Position numbers and translations under genes: made by a program. Shown here in pieces: positions 37,350-48,006 of a stretch of 64,000 nucleotides of DNA. The notes under the pieces were generated by a model. It had not been told where the DNA came from, did no database searches, and worked only from the letters and a program-made list of their open reading frames with translations. Source of the DNA: a virus (Duplodnaviria > Caudoviricetes); IMG/VR virus record IMGVR_UViG_3300010365_001171, positions 21,118 to 85,117 of that record, one strand, 5' to 3'. How positions within the stretch are numbered: the stretch's first letter is position 1; each line of letters begins with the position of its first letter.

Positions 37350-40300
37350 TATAAACAGTCTTTATAAATTAAATAATCTTCTATTGTATTTGATTTTGAT
37401 AATTTGTGTTCTCTTAATACAAAAGCTTTAAATTTCTGATACTCTTCATTACTTACAAAGTTACCGCTATTTTCTAGCATTTCCAAATCTTTTTCAATAT
37501 TTTTTTCATCAGAAAAGAATTTTACACCTTGTGAAAATTTACTTGACAAAACATTAACAAAAGCGGTGTCCGTATAATTCTGTATTACTGGACTTCCCTT
37601 TTTTAAACTAAAATAAGGAGTGGTACTTTTAAACTTATTATCTAAAGAAATATTGATAGTTCCATTGTCATAAACATACTGTTTATAATCTCCTTTTACT
37701 ACCTCTAACTTTCCATTAACGATTTTAAACATATCAGTGGTTTCTTCATCAGTAGAAGTTTTATCAAAGTTTAAATTAATATTAAAATCTTTACCACCAT
37801 ATGTATAAGTCTTATTAACAACGGATTTAAAATCTTCTATATTATCTATATATTTAATGGAATTATCTTCAGGATTATAAAACTGAACAATGAATTTTAA
37901 TTCATCATTTTTATTATCTAAATAAAAACTAAACATAGGACGTTCTAAATTTGTAGAGTCTTTTAAAGCCAGCTCAGAATTAGTGTGTGTAGGAAAAAAG
38001 TTAAAATCTGATACATTATAAACATTACCTTCTTTATCATTAAATACATATTGACCAAATTTATTTTTACCACCTTTTGTAGTAATATAAGCAGTCTTAA
38101 CGCCATCATTATATAAGTACTCTTGATCCGTATAAACTTCTAATTTAGTGCCCTCTAAAGTTTCAATGATAATTTTTTTATTAATATTAGTTTTATCTAT
38201 TTTTTCATTAAACAAGTACTTATTTAATAACTTAGATAATTCTAAACTGGCAGCGCCAGTTTGTTTATTATCCCCCATATAACTAAGTACGTATTTAGGT
38301 ATATCACCACTGAATAATGATTCAAAATAATTTAAAGCTTCACTTTCACTAAAACTTTTTGGTTGTATAAATATTCGATATTGCCCGTAATTAAAAAATG
38401 GAAGATTCTTCTTTTTTTCTTTCCCGGTATTTTTATCTTCCGCATAAAACTTAATCTGTTTAGGATTAGTTAAACCATAAGAAGTTGGTTTAGGGTCATT
38501 TGGCGTTATAACTACATGTCCTACATTAGAAAAAGATATATTATACATCATAGGCTTAGCTTTATGGCTACCCGCTAAAGAAACAATCTCTGCTGTTTGA
38601 CTATTATAAGTTTCTTCAAATTTAGCAATAGCAGCCTCTTCTGTTAAACCCTCAGCAAGATAATTATTAATCATTCTTTCTCTTCTACCATTAAATGAAC
38701 GAATATCGCCATTAACAAACCGTTCATTCATATTTTTTTGACTAGGTAGATTAGTAGTTACTATATTCATAACATCTCCATAACCAACATCCCCTGGATT
38801 TAGTAATTCACCTTCTCTGTTAAAGTACAACATATTACCATCCTTATCTGTAATATGACCTTCTAAAAACCTTTGTTTATCTTGGTACTCTTCGTTGGTA
38901 TTTACTGCATAGCCGCCAAATGACTGTCTTGCTAGTTTTCCAGCCTCATAAGCAGCTTCAAAAGTATTTCCTTGAGGTGTGCCCAAAGAAGCATTTCTAG
39001 TAGCTAAAGGCCATGAAATATCAGGCTGAGAAAATGTTATTGCATACTTATCTTTATTACCCTGTTGATCATGGGAAATAAATTCAAAGACTTTAAGATT
39101 TCTGAGCTGTATTAAATTTGGCTTTGCGGCAGCTTTTTGTTCGGGAGTGCCATAAAGATATAATCTTTCCTCATTAAAATTATTTTCTGACTTAACAAAA
39201 GTATCAGCAGATTTACCAACAGCTGTTTCAACTGTTTCTACACCTGTAAAATCTTTTGGTGTAACAAATGGGCTAATAGTATCAACTTTAACAGGTTTTT
39301 TAGTCTCTTCAAGTAAAATATCTTGTATTTTATTGTCTATTAAATCATTTAAATTTGCAAATTCTTCATTAGTAATTAATTTTTTACTGAGGTATTTATT
39401 AATATCAGTTCTAACATCATTTAAATCTTGAATAGTTAAATTAGATAAATTTATTTTATTAATTATTTTGTTGGAAGGAGTAACTTTATTAACTGAATCA
39501 ATATCTTTTCCTTCTCTAAATTGTTCTGCTGCATTTTTTATGTTATTTATTAAATTATAATAATGTGGTATAGATTCTGTATTTAGTACTTCAATTAATG
39601 TATTTGGTGTAAAGTTTAAAAAGTTATTTAAAGCTTCTATAGAAGATGTATTAAAACTAAGTAATTGTAAAAGATCTTCTGGAAACTCAACATTTAAAAC
39701 ATTCTCAATAATAGTATGAAGTTGGCTTGAATTAAGATCTTCTAAGGAGTTTTTTGTTAAGAGATTCTCAAGAACATCACTATCAATAAATTCATTTGCT
39801 GCTTTTTCTGCTGCAATGTCTTTAAGATGTTGTTCTCTCATTTCCTCTAAAAAGATTTCTTCTGCATTCTCTTTTTGCTCTCTTTGTAAAACAGCCCTTT
39901 CTTCTAACTCCCTCTGCATGGCACTAAAAGACCCATGCGTTACCATTAAATCCAAAATTTCATTATACACATCCATATCGTCTTCAGTGTCCCTAGCACC
40001 TAACTCATGCCAAACACCTCCTGCAAAATCTGAAAAAGATGTGCCACCTGTTTTAGATAAATACCTTTTAAAACCTAAAAATTCTTTAGGAAACGGCCTT
40101 CTACCTATCCTAGTTTCAACTCTAGTGAACGCCTTAACTAAACTGTCTGAATTTATTTTAAATCTCTTTGAGTCGGGGGCTCCTGCAATACTTACTAAAA
40201 CTTCATCATTAAGATTAGCGGGCTCAAATTTAAGGAGTGATTCTTTAACATATTTTCTATAATCACGTCTTTCTTTACGCTCTTCTTTATTTTTTTTAAT

Positions 40301-43300
40301 TATTATTTTCTTTAGTCTTTCCACAAACCCTGTATAAATTTGAGCTTCTTTAGGATAAGCTTTTAAAATTGAATTAAGTTCACCTAAACTAGTGGCGGCT
40401 GAAGCTTTTTTAGAAAACTCCATAGTATTGCTTTGTTGGGCAGTAAATTTAGTATCTACTTTTCCTTGATTATCTTCACTAACTCCCTGTCCACTAGGAC
40501 TGCTTTGATCACTTGTTCCAGATTCATTTTGTTTTGTTTTATTGTTTTCTAATTCGTTTAGTTCTGCATCATATTTAGTAATAGCGTTTAAAACTTCATT
40601 ATATAGTTCTTTGGAGTCTATATTTGCGGCTTTTGCAACTAATTCTATATTGGGAGTATTTATTATTCTTGGATTACTTAAATCGAATCTTTTTGTAGTT
40701 TTATTTATGAAAACTTTTACTACTTCTCCTTTTTTACCATTATAACTGTTATTTGGAACTATATAAGCAACTCCTAAACTTAAATTAACAAATATCCCTG
40801 TATCATTAAAAGTATTATAATCCCATTTTGTAATATCACTATCTAAATTATTTTCTTGTATTTGAATCGCAGAATACGCTTCTAATGATACTAATCTACT
40901 ACCACCATAAGTACCATCATTCATTAAAAACAATTGCCCTTTCTTTAAATCTTCTTGTCTTGTTTGTTTTTTTAAATCTAATGATGCTTGGTTAATACCA
41001 CTGCCCGGAGTAACGACTTTTTCTTCTATTCTAGCGTCTTCTTTCTTAAAAGCGTCTAAAACTTCTTTAAACAACCCTAAAGTCATCAAACTATCCACTA
41101 AATCATCATTAGATAATAAGTCATCTAATGTCTTAATATCTTTGAGATTCTTAATAGAACCAGTTTTAATAATTTCATTTTCAACAGTTTCATAAATAGT
41201 ATTTAACGATTCCCCTAATGCATCTTCGTCTAATTTGAAATCTCCTAAAGACTCCATATTATAAACACTTAAATCAACTGGTTTAACTATTTGATTATTA
41301 CCAACTTTTATACCTAATAAAGTACTAAGTTGATTAGATAAAAAATCATAGTAAGATTCAGCAAAGTCAACCTCTTGTAATTTAGAAGCTAAAAATAATT
41401 TGGATGCTAAGCCTTTACCAAACAAATCAATTTTTAATTGATCGGCTTTTTCATTAGATAGTACACCTAATAAATGTTTTAATCCAGCCTCTTTATCAAG
41501 GTTCAAAGGTAAAACTTTATCGCCTACATCCTTATACACCTTTAGTTTATTACCCTCAATTTTAAAATAATAGTCGCCGTTAAAATTTTTATTCGTAGAA
41601 GAATATTTAGCGTACTCAGAGATTATTTTTTCTCTTAATTCTTTATTTTTTAATTCAATAGATTTTTCTTTTACAGCCTCAATCTTTTCATTAAAATATT
41701 TAGAAAGCTCCTCAATTTGGTCTTTAAATAGCGTTTCTAACATTTCGTTACCGGCTATTAAAGAAGCAAAATCTTTTAGATCTTCTTTAGAATTAATATT
41801 AGCATAAGCCATTTTTACATCTTCAGGCGCTATCTGAAACCCAAATTCATTAACTCCTTGCTTAATATGAACAAGTTCTCTATTTGACATTTCAAAGGCC
41901 CTTACTAAAAGACCTCGTAGCCTTCCCCTCTCACTAGAAGAAAAATCCTCTGTCCCAGTAATATCAAAAGAATAATTACCTTCACTGTCTTTAATTTCAA
42001 CCTTTACACCATGTTTCTTTTCAATATAATCTTTTAAATCATCAACAAAATCGTTATGAATTTCTTTTTTACCTACTCTTTTAGTAGCATTTAACTCAAA
42101 ATCTCCATCTTTAAACTCTTCGTCAGACAAGAAATCTTCAACATCTCTACTATGTGTAATATCATTTTGAATATCATTAAACTTTTTTTGTATTTCATGT
42201 GCATATTTTTGATTTGCAAGTTCATATTGGTGAACTGCAATATTGAATTTTTCAGGCTCTAATAAAGTTTCAAAAGCACTTTGACTAAACCTATACATAT
42301 CATTGTATGAACCTATTTTAGAAAAAGTATTACTTAATGAATTGATATTAATTTTATTTATATTAGAACCATTTACATGATTTATATAATTTATAAAATT
42401 TTCAGTTGTTCTATTTTTATGATAAGCCTCTAATAATTTAAGTTCTTTTGAAGTATTTAAATCTATGGCATCTTGTTGGCCTGCAATAATTGGAGTAAAA
42501 TCTTTGAATAACTCAGTAATTTCACTACTTTCAACACTTAATTTTAGCCTTTCTTTAAGTGTTTTTATTTTTTCTAATCTACTATTATCGTCAAAAGCGG
42601 TATTAATATTATCTCTTGTTATACCATGTTCTTTATTTAATGCATCAATTAATTTATCAGATTCCTCTACTGCAAATTCTTGATTATGTAAATTAAACAT
42701 TAAATCTTTTTTTGCCATTTCAAAAGAGACATGCTTAAATAAACTTTCTTGATCTCCTTCCTTAATTGTATAAGGATTTTCTAATTGTTTATCAATTTTG
42801 TTAAAGTTTTCTTCAATCTTACCAGCTTTTGAAATAATTTCATTGACGTAACTCTTAACTTGAGAGATATCTGCTTTTTCATCTAACCCAAAATTTCCTC
42901 TTATATCCTCATCGCTAAGTGTAGAAATATTTTTTAATTCTTCTAGCCTTCCAGCTAACATACCAGTTCTTAAACCAGAATAAATATATTCTTGTACTGC
43001 TTGATTTTTAAAAACATTATGAGATAATTCGTCCTGATTTTGAATAGAAGAATAAATACTATTTAATATATTACTTTGATTGTTTAAATGCGCCCTATTA
43101 AAATCAAGAGCATTTTCTACTAATTTTTCTGTAAAACCAGTTCTATTCTTATTTAAGTAATCTGCAAACTGTTGTTCATTAGACTTAACTTCTTTTTTAG
43201 ACACCTTACCCTGTATATTAGAAAAAGCTTTACCAACTAAAGAAATTGGTGTTCCCATTATAAATCCACCAAAAAATTCATCTGCGTCTTGTTGGTCAGA

Positions 43301-44773
43301 TGTAACAATTTCTTTCATTACACTGCTTAAATAACTCTCATTTTTTAAACCCTTTAATTGATTATCTATATAACGAGAAGCAGCACCGTCTAACCAAGCT
43401 TGACCAAGTTCTTGCACACCCTCAGAAAGGTTATCTGTACCTTTAGCAATTATATATTTGCCACTTTTAATACCAACTCTTTTTAACCAAGGTAATTCAG
43501 CAAGCATTTCGGCACTAGTTTTAGCAACACCATTTACAAATGTTATATTTGCAGCAGCTTTTTTAATTGCCGCAGCCTCCAAAGCTTTAGCTGATTTAAA
43601 AGAACTAAATAAAGCGGCCTCATTTATAAGATTAGTACCAAAAAGTAATGCGCTTTGCCAACCATAATCCATAGCATTTGCGTCAGAAGCAGCAGTGTTA
43701 AACTTAATTAAGTCTTTTTCTTCTGGTAAATACCCGTGTGATTCTTCAAATTCACGTTTAAATTTAGCTAAATTTTCTGCGTGATTCATTGCAACAGTTA
43801 CAGAGGCTTCACCAGTTGCTGCCCTAATATTTCTACCTAAATTTAATGTAGCTTGTGCATACTTTAAAACATTCGCTCCTTTACTAATTTCTCTTACACT
43901 GTTAATAATAGACCCTGCTTTATATACGTCTTTAGTTATTTCCCAAACCTTTCTTATCAAACTTAAATTTTTGGCAGTTCTGGCAGCCGTAATTACTGCT
44001 CCACCACCGGTGGCACCTCCTGTTAAAAGGGTTGCACCATAAATAGCTAAGGATTCTTCCATAGTCTGTGCTAAAGTACCAAGAGTAAAGCCCATACTTC
44101 CAGCTAATCCACCATAAAAACTAGCACTTCCAGCAACGCCTGGAATCCACTTAGCCGAACTTTCTGAGCCATAATTAGGAGAATTAAAAATAGGATTTTC
44201 CCAGTTATTTTTATTTGCTAATTGATTTGGGTCATACCCTAAATCAAATAAAGCATCCATATTACCAGTAGAAATTGCTTTAAAATCTCTACCATAAGAT
44301 TTCCAGCTATCATTATGAGAAACAACTAGTCCATCCCAAAGATTTTTCATAGCATTTCCTAAAATTTCTCCACCACCTTGATGCTCTTCATAAACAGCTA
44401 AGTTATCCCTACCAATTATATAACCAAAATCTTTCCAAGTATCAGAAGCTTTATAGTTAGCTTGATTAAAAGACTTTTGGCTTTCAAAACTTAAAGGTGC
44501 TTTATCGCCTACAGTAACGTTACTTAAAGGTTTAAATCCCAAAGCTCCCTCAATACTTACAGTTTCCCCCTTATCATTTGCCAATAAATTATTTTTATTT
44601 ACATCCGCAGGGTTATAAACAGAAGGTAAAGTTATACCTATAGATTTAGGTATAACAATGGGTTTTGATTTAGGCGCGTCCATTTTTAAAGAGTCTAGCG
44701 TGTCTATATTTGCTGGATTATCTATGTTATTAGAAGGACCTGTAGTAATTTTTTGGCTATAATCTTGTATCAT
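37349..44773 (-). CDS. Giant virion cargo/ejection protein (2474 aa) with an N-terminal Gly/Ala-rich hydrophobic region
   Basis: FYGGLAGSMGFTLGTL..IYGATLLTGGATGGGAVITAA; SEGVQELGQ motif; position in the cargo array; ends YKDCL. Confidence 0.7.
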   Translation of the reverse strand: MIQDYSQKITTGPSNNIDNPANIDTLDSLKMDAPKSKPIVIPKSIGITLPSVYNPADVNKNNLLANDKGETVSIEGALGFKPLSNVTVGDKAPLSFESQKSFNQANYKASDTWKDFGYIIGRDNLAVYEEHQGGGEILGNAMKNLWDGLVVSHNDSWKSYGRDFKAISTGNMDALFDLGYDPNQLANKNNWENPIFNSPNYGSESSAKWIPGVAGSASFYGGLAGSMGFTLGTLAQTMEESLAIYGATLLTGGATGGGAVITAARTAKNLSLIRKVWEITKDVYKAGSIINSVREISKGANVLKYAQATLNLGRNIRAATGEASVTVAMNHAENLAKFKREFEESHGYLPEEKDLIKFNTAASDANAMDYGWQSALLFGTNLINEAALFSSFKSAKALEAAAIKKAAANITFVNGVAKTSAEMLAELPWLKRVGIKSGKYIIAKGTDNLSEGVQELGQAWLDGAASRYIDNQLKGLKNESYLSSVMKEIVTSDQQDADEFFGGFIMGTPISLVGKAFSNIQGKVSKKEVKSNEQQFADYLNKNRTGFTEKLVENALDFNRAHLNNQSNILNSIYSSIQNQDELSHNVFKNQAVQEYIYSGLRTGMLAGRLEELKNISTLSDEDIRGNFGLDEKADISQVKSYVNEIISKAGKIEENFNKIDKQLENPYTIKEGDQESLFKHVSFEMAKKDLMFNLHNQEFAVEESDKLIDALNKEHGITRDNINTAFDDNSRLEKIKTLKERLKLSVESSEITELFKDFTPIIAGQQDAIDLNTSKELKLLEAYHKNRTTENFINYINHVNGSNINKININSLSNTFSKIGSYNDMYRFSQSAFETLLEPEKFNIAVHQYELANQKYAHEIQKKFNDIQNDITHSRDVEDFLSDEEFKDGDFELNATKRVGKKEIHNDFVDDLKDYIEKKHGVKVEIKDSEGNYSFDITGTEDFSSSERGRLRGLLVRAFEMSNRELVHIKQGVNEFGFQIAPEDVKMAYANINSKEDLKDFASLIAGNEMLETLFKDQIEELSKYFNEKIEAVKEKSIELKNKELREKIISEYAKYSSTNKNFNGDYYFKIEGNKLKVYKDVGDKVLPLNLDKEAGLKHLLGVLSNEKADQLKIDLFGKGLASKLFLASKLQEVDFAESYYDFLSNQLSTLLGIKVGNNQIVKPVDLSVYNMESLGDFKLDEDALGESLNTIYETVENEIIKTGSIKNLKDIKTLDDLLSNDDLVDSLMTLGLFKEVLDAFKKEDARIEEKVVTPGSGINQASLDLKKQTRQEDLKKGQLFLMNDGTYGGSRLVSLEAYSAIQIQENNLDSDITKWDYNTFNDTGIFVNLSLGVAYIVPNNSYNGKKGEVVKVFINKTTKRFDLSNPRIINTPNIELVAKAANIDSKELYNEVLNAITKYDAELNELENNKTKQNESGTSDQSSPSGQGVSEDNQGKVDTKFTAQQSNTMEFSKKASAATSLGELNSILKAYPKEAQIYTGFVERLKKIIIKKNKEERKERRDYRKYVKESLLKFEPANLNDEVLVSIAGAPDSKRFKINSDSLVKAFTRVETRIGRRPFPKEFLGFKRYLSKTGGTSFSDFAGGVWHELGARDTEDDMDVYNEILDLMVTHGSFSAMQRELEERAVLQREQKENAEEIFLEEMREQHLKDIAAEKAANEFIDSDVLENLLTKNSLEDLNSSQLHTIIENVLNVEFPEDLLQLLSFNTSSIEALNNFLNFTPNTLIEVLNTESIPHYYNLINNIKNAAEQFREGKDIDSVNKVTPSNKIINKINLSNLTIQDLNDVRTDINKYLSKKLITNEEFANLNDLIDNKIQDILLEETKKPVKVDTISPFVTPKDFTGVETVETAVGKSADTFVKSENNFNEERLYLYGTPEQKAAAKPNLIQLRNLKVFEFISHDQQGNKDKYAITFSQPDISWPLATRNASLGTPQGNTFEAAYEAGKLARQSFGGYAVNTNEEYQDKQRFLEGHITDKDGNMLYFNREGELLNPGDVGYGDVMNIVTTNLPSQKNMNERFVNGDIRSFNGRRERMINNYLAEGLTEEAAIAKFEETYNSQTAEIVSLAGSHKAKPMMYNISFSNVGHVVITPNDPKPTSYGLTNPKQIKFYAEDKNTGKEKKKNLPFFNYGQYRIFIQPKSFSESEALNYFESLFSGDIPKYVLSYMGDNKQTGAASLELSKLLNKYLFNEKIDKTNINKKIIIETLEGTKLEVYTDQEYLYNDGVKTAYITTKGGKNKFGQYVFNDKEGNVYNVSDFNFFPTHTNSELALKDSTNLERPMFSFYLDNKNDELKFIVQFYNPEDNSIKYIDNIEDFKSVVNKTYTYGGKDFNINLNFDKTSTDEETTDMFKIVNGKLEVVKGDYKQYVYDNGTINISLDNKFKSTTPYFSLKKGSPVIQNYTDTAFVNVLSSKFSQGVKFFSDEKNIEKDLEMLENSGNFVSNEEYQKFKAFVLREHKLSKSNTIEDYLIYKDCL

Positions 44774-44775
44774 AA

Positions 44776-47700
44776 TTATTTAATAAAAATTTGTGCAGAT
44801 GGGTAAAGTCTAAGAAAATCACTTTTGGTCATTTTATAAGTACCATCAGCTTCTAGTTCATTTTTATTTGCTTTTAAAATAGCTTTAACTTTTTCTTTAG
44901 CGTCTTTAGAATGTATTAAGTCATATAATGCAGATACATTAGAGGCATCAGCCTGTAAATTATTATACAAATCTACGGGATTCCCCAAAGATTCTCTTGT
45001 CTCTAAATATCTTTGACCGTCTTCAAATTGTACGGAGCCGTCTTGATTGATTATAACTGTCTCGCCGGATGTTTTTATTGTTTTAATTGAACTTTGAATA
45101 GAAACCTTACCTGTACCTGGCTGTGCACTTAATTTTCCTGAATAAGCATTATTACTAACTGGATAAGACCTTCCATTACTTAAAGACATTTGCATATTAA
45201 CATCTTCAGATTTTTCAGCAGGTACAGTTGTTACAAAAGTATAATTACCTGTTGTTTTAGACTTAGTTAAACCATATTGACTAGCTAGTTGACCAATAGT
45301 TAAATTTTTGTTATTACTTACATTTTTAACTGTTTCATATAAAGTTTTTCCGTCTATTTCATAAACTTGTTTTTGTTTTCCATTTCTAGTTGGGTAAATA
45401 GTTACATTTGAAAATATGTCCTTATTTTGTAAAGCTGTAGATAATTCTATACTAAATTTACCATCAAGATTCATAGCAGCTTGAGAAGCAGTAAAAGAAT
45501 TATAAGCTTTTTCAGACCCATATTTTAATGACCCCGGTCCAACTATATTTCTATTAAGATCTGCTGGGTTTGATGATATTGCTTTTTTTTGTTTTTCCTT
45601 AAAATCTTGGAAAGTAGGCAAATTTCCGATTCGGCCTAAATACATTTCATAAATAGCCTCTTTACTCAAACTATTATTACCCACATATCTATCAATACCT
45701 TTATTTTTTTCTATGGTGGCGGGTAACTGATCTAAGGTTACATACACTGTTTCGCCTTCTCTCAAATGTTTTGCAATTTTTTCTTGCCCAGGTTTCCAAA
45801 CAGTTACCGCAAATTTAGTAACACCATTTTCAACCCTAATCACACTTTGTGCACCACGCCCTTGTGGAATAATTTTACCCTCAGAAATAGCCTGCATTAA
45901 ATTTGCGCTGTACTTATTAGCGTTATCAAAAGAACCTGGATAATCACGTTCTAAAACGTTGTATGTAGGACTTGCTAATTTAGTAGTAAGAGCTTTTATA
46001 GTAGTCGCTTTATTTTCTCTTAAATTAAGTATATCAGAGTAAATAATATCGGCATCATTTTGAACTTTTCTTATAGTCCCTAAAGCGTTTGAACTTAACC
46101 CAAAATTACTTTTACCTGTATTACGAATATGTTTAGATTCACTAATAACAGCATTTGTAACTAATTTAGATACCGTATTAAAAGGAGTAGTTGCTAAATC
46201 TACGTTGGCAGCTATCAATCCTTTTCTTTGTAACTCTGTAAAAATCTCTTTTAAATAAACTTGTTTTGCTTTAAGTTCAGGAGAGGACTTTGAATTTAAT
46301 ACTTTATTAAAAGGAGTTATATTAGAACCATACGCCCAAGATCTAAGCAAATCATTTCCTAAATTTTGTTTTGTTGTTGTATTATTTAAAGGTAAAATGC
46401 CGCTTATAATAGTGTTAATATTTCCCTCTACAGAAGAAAGATAATCTTCAGTTCTTCCATTAACAGCAGTATTATATTCGGCAACAGTTTGTGGATTTGT
46501 TAAAGGGTCATTATCAGGATCACCTGGAACCCCTTGACTATCAATAGCAGCTCTTTCAGCAGCAGCTCTTTCAGCAGCTGTTCCTGGTTTAGAATTATTA
46601 ACTTCAATAGCTATTTGACCCTCCAATTTTTTTAATTCTACCTCTCTGTTATACTGTGTTGTAGCTGCATTAGCGTCTATAGCAGCTTTAGTGGAAATCT
46701 CATAATTTCTTTGATTATTAGAAACAGCCTGTATTTTGTCTTGTTGTTGGAAATTTCTGGTTTGCATATTAATTTCATTAGGCTTATAGGTATTACTATA
46801 AGTAGCACCAGCATAAGATGTAGCTAAATTATCAAGAACTTTATCACTGTACTCATTCATAAATGCCTGTTTACCAAATTTAAGTACAATGTCCTCATCA
46901 GATAAACCAATTAATTCCTCATTAGATTTTTTTAAAGCCTCATTCATAGGCGTAATAGTTTTAGCAACAGCAGAGTACTCTTCAAAAGCTTTTTTATCTT
47001 CCGGTGTAAAATTTTCTTTGCCTTTTTTATTTAATTCATTTAATTTTAAAGTAACTTTACCAAGTAATTCATCATTGCCTTTTATAGCATTAACAGTGTG
47101 AGCTGAAGCAGATTCTACGGCTCTTTTACCCATAGATAAATCGCTTTCTCCGGGTTTCCTACTTCTTTCATATAATACATCTGCTTCTATACCAAGTTGT
47201 TCACGATCAGATCCAGACATAGAAGCCTGATAAAGCCCTTTAATAAAAGCAATAGAGCCTTTACCATTAGTTTCAGTTCTTAACCAGTCACCATCAAAAG
47301 ATTGTATAGTTTGAATTAATTTACCGTCTTTAGCAAATTTCATAAAATTTTTACCTGTATTTGAATACGGTTTATAAGCAACTTTATTTGCTGCACTCGC
47401 ACCTAAACCATCCCAACCACCATTTTTATAACCAGTATAACCATTTTGTACTTGCTCTAAATTAAAGCTATTAGCAAGCTCTCTAATTGCAGGGTCAGTA
47501 GATTTTAAATACGTGTTATAAGTGGCATATTGACTTTTATAAAATTTGTTAAGTCCTACATCTGTAATAATATTGGGGTTTGTTACAATTGGATCTAATA
47601 ATTTTGTTGCTTTAGTTACATTTTGCTCTATTGAAAAGTCAACAGTGCTCATTTTTTCTATCTCAGGTTTTAATTCTTTGTACTTATTATCAATAAAGTC

Positions 47701-47883
47701 CTGTGATTCTTGTAATCCTACCTCTAAATTTAATGCGTTAGAGTAGGAATTGGCAACAGCGGTCACGCCACTATCATATTTAGCCTCTCTAGAAGCTAAA
47801 TCTTTAGCCATAAGTTCAAGAGGTTGTTGATATATATAAGGTGCGTAAACACTCGGATCTGTCTTATGTTGGTATGTAGCCAT
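44776..47883 (-). CDS. Virion cargo protein (1035 aa)
   Basis: N-terminus MATYQHKTDPSVYAPYIYQQPLELM of crAss-like cargo type; first gene after a terminator and promoter. Confidence 0.65.
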   Translation of the reverse strand: MATYQHKTDPSVYAPYIYQQPLELMAKDLASREAKYDSGVTAVANSYSNALNLEVGLQESQDFIDNKYKELKPEIEKMSTVDFSIEQNVTKATKLLDPIVTNPNIITDVGLNKFYKSQYATYNTYLKSTDPAIRELANSFNLEQVQNGYTGYKNGGWDGLGASAANKVAYKPYSNTGKNFMKFAKDGKLIQTIQSFDGDWLRTETNGKGSIAFIKGLYQASMSGSDREQLGIEADVLYERSRKPGESDLSMGKRAVESASAHTVNAIKGNDELLGKVTLKLNELNKKGKENFTPEDKKAFEEYSAVAKTITPMNEALKKSNEELIGLSDEDIVLKFGKQAFMNEYSDKVLDNLATSYAGATYSNTYKPNEINMQTRNFQQQDKIQAVSNNQRNYEISTKAAIDANAATTQYNREVELKKLEGQIAIEVNNSKPGTAAERAAAERAAIDSQGVPGDPDNDPLTNPQTVAEYNTAVNGRTEDYLSSVEGNINTIISGILPLNNTTTKQNLGNDLLRSWAYGSNITPFNKVLNSKSSPELKAKQVYLKEIFTELQRKGLIAANVDLATTPFNTVSKLVTNAVISESKHIRNTGKSNFGLSSNALGTIRKVQNDADIIYSDILNLRENKATTIKALTTKLASPTYNVLERDYPGSFDNANKYSANLMQAISEGKIIPQGRGAQSVIRVENGVTKFAVTVWKPGQEKIAKHLREGETVYVTLDQLPATIEKNKGIDRYVGNNSLSKEAIYEMYLGRIGNLPTFQDFKEKQKKAISSNPADLNRNIVGPGSLKYGSEKAYNSFTASQAAMNLDGKFSIELSTALQNKDIFSNVTIYPTRNGKQKQVYEIDGKTLYETVKNVSNNKNLTIGQLASQYGLTKSKTTGNYTFVTTVPAEKSEDVNMQMSLSNGRSYPVSNNAYSGKLSAQPGTGKVSIQSSIKTIKTSGETVIINQDGSVQFEDGQRYLETRESLGNPVDLYNNLQADASNVSALYDLIHSKDAKEKVKAILKANKNELEADGTYKMTKSDFLRLYPSAQIFIK

Positions 47884-47900
47884 TAACTAAATTTTATATT

Positions 47901-47932
47901 ATAATATATTCTTTTTTGACTGTATTAACAAA
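47901..47932 (-). promoter_or_regulatory. Putative promoter TTTG-N20-TATATTAT for the cargo/RNAP array
   Basis: Minus strand TTTG (47932-47929), 20 nt, TATATTAT (47908-47901), ending 17 nt before the ATG at 47883. Confidence 0.6.
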
Positions 47933-47954
47933 AAAAATTAAATGCCTTAAACAT

Positions 47955-47987
47955 AAAAAATTAGGAAGCTCTAAGAACTTCCTAATT
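47955..47987 (-). terminator. Intrinsic terminator
   Basis: AATTAGGAAG (47959-47968) / CTTCCTAATT (47978-47987) stem with a U tract on the minus strand. Confidence 0.75.
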
Positions 47988-48006
47988 ATTAATTAAAAAT
48001 GTTAAA

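Noticed and set aside
46546-46575. 15-nt tandem repeat AGCAGCTCTTTCAGC x2
   Set aside because: In-frame duplication encoding AERAA-AERAA in a linker; only two copies.
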